Below are positions 63,382 through 64,000 of a stretch of DNA of 64,000 nt, piece after piece. This stretch comes from Mobula hypostoma (taxonomy: Eukaryota). Below the pieces are notes generated by a model. It saw only the letters and a list, made by a program, of their open reading frames with translations, made no database searches and was not told the origin of the DNA. The stretch spans positions 9,486,001 to 9,550,000 of the forward strand of contig NC_086108.1 of NCBI RefSeq assembly GCF_963921235.1. Reading direction: 5' to 3'. How positions within the stretch are numbered: the first letter of the stretch is position 1; each line of letters starts with the position of its first letter. A program made the translations under genes and the position numbers.

Positions 63382-64000
63382 CTGAAAAAAAAATACAGTT
63401 ACTTAAATTTTCGGAAATAAATCACTTCCTGTCAAGTTTACTCTTCCACTTGCCTTCAGATATAACCTACAATCATTTCAATTACAGCTACAGTGGAGTA
63501 GGCCCAGTACATCCCTGGAGAGTAAAGCCCTCCAAACCATTGAGCACATCTATATGAACTGCTGTCATAGGAATGTAGCAGTCATCATCAGAGAACCCCA
63601 CCACCCAGGCCATGCTCTCCTCTTGCTGCTGCCAGCAGGTAGAAGGTACAGGAGCCTCAGGATGCACCACCAGATTCCAGAACAGTTACTACCCCACACC
63701 ATCAGGCTCTTGAACAAAGGAGATAACTACACTCACTTTCTCCATCACTGAGATGCTCCCACAACCAAACATCTCACTTTAAAGACTCTTTATCTCATGT
63801 TCTTGATACTTATTGCTATTTATTAATGTTTGCATTTGCACAGTTTCTGTCTTCTACACTCTGGATGATCTTTCATTGATCCTGTTATAGTTACTATTCT
63901 CTAGTGCCACAACTTTTGAACATTGCTTTGTCAGTCTGTTACTTAAATTATTTCATAAATTCTATTGTACTTCTTTATTTTCCTGTAAACGCCTGCAAAA

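Overview
Eukaryotic (vertebrate) genomic DNA. The repeat inventory (V-SINE/HE1-like SINEs, CR1, Rex1-like LINEs, Penelope-like elements) suggests a cartilaginous fish; this is an inference. The window lies inside one minus-strand gene encoding a Smaug-family RNA-binding protein (SAMD4, most like SAMD4B). Ten coding exons (1905 bp, 635 codons) have GT-AG boundaries and consistent phases. The first coding exon, and probably the last, lie outside the window. The introns are dominated by transposable elements. These include a near-intact 4195-bp Ty3/Gypsy element (195-bp LTRs, tRNA-Trp PBS, 4-bp TSD) about 100 bp from a SAM-domain exon, decayed Tc1 and Tigger transposons, and two tandem arrays. 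The most notable non-coding signal is a family of Penelope-like element (PLE) termini carrying minimal type-I hammerhead ribozyme motifs. Two independent, TSD-flanked, ~240-250-bp fold-back insertions share the same inversion junction and put one hammerhead motif on each strand. There is also a 3'-truncated L1-like 5' end flanked by a perfect 203-bp duplication. Repeat family names come from motif recognition only, and boundaries of old repeats are approximate.
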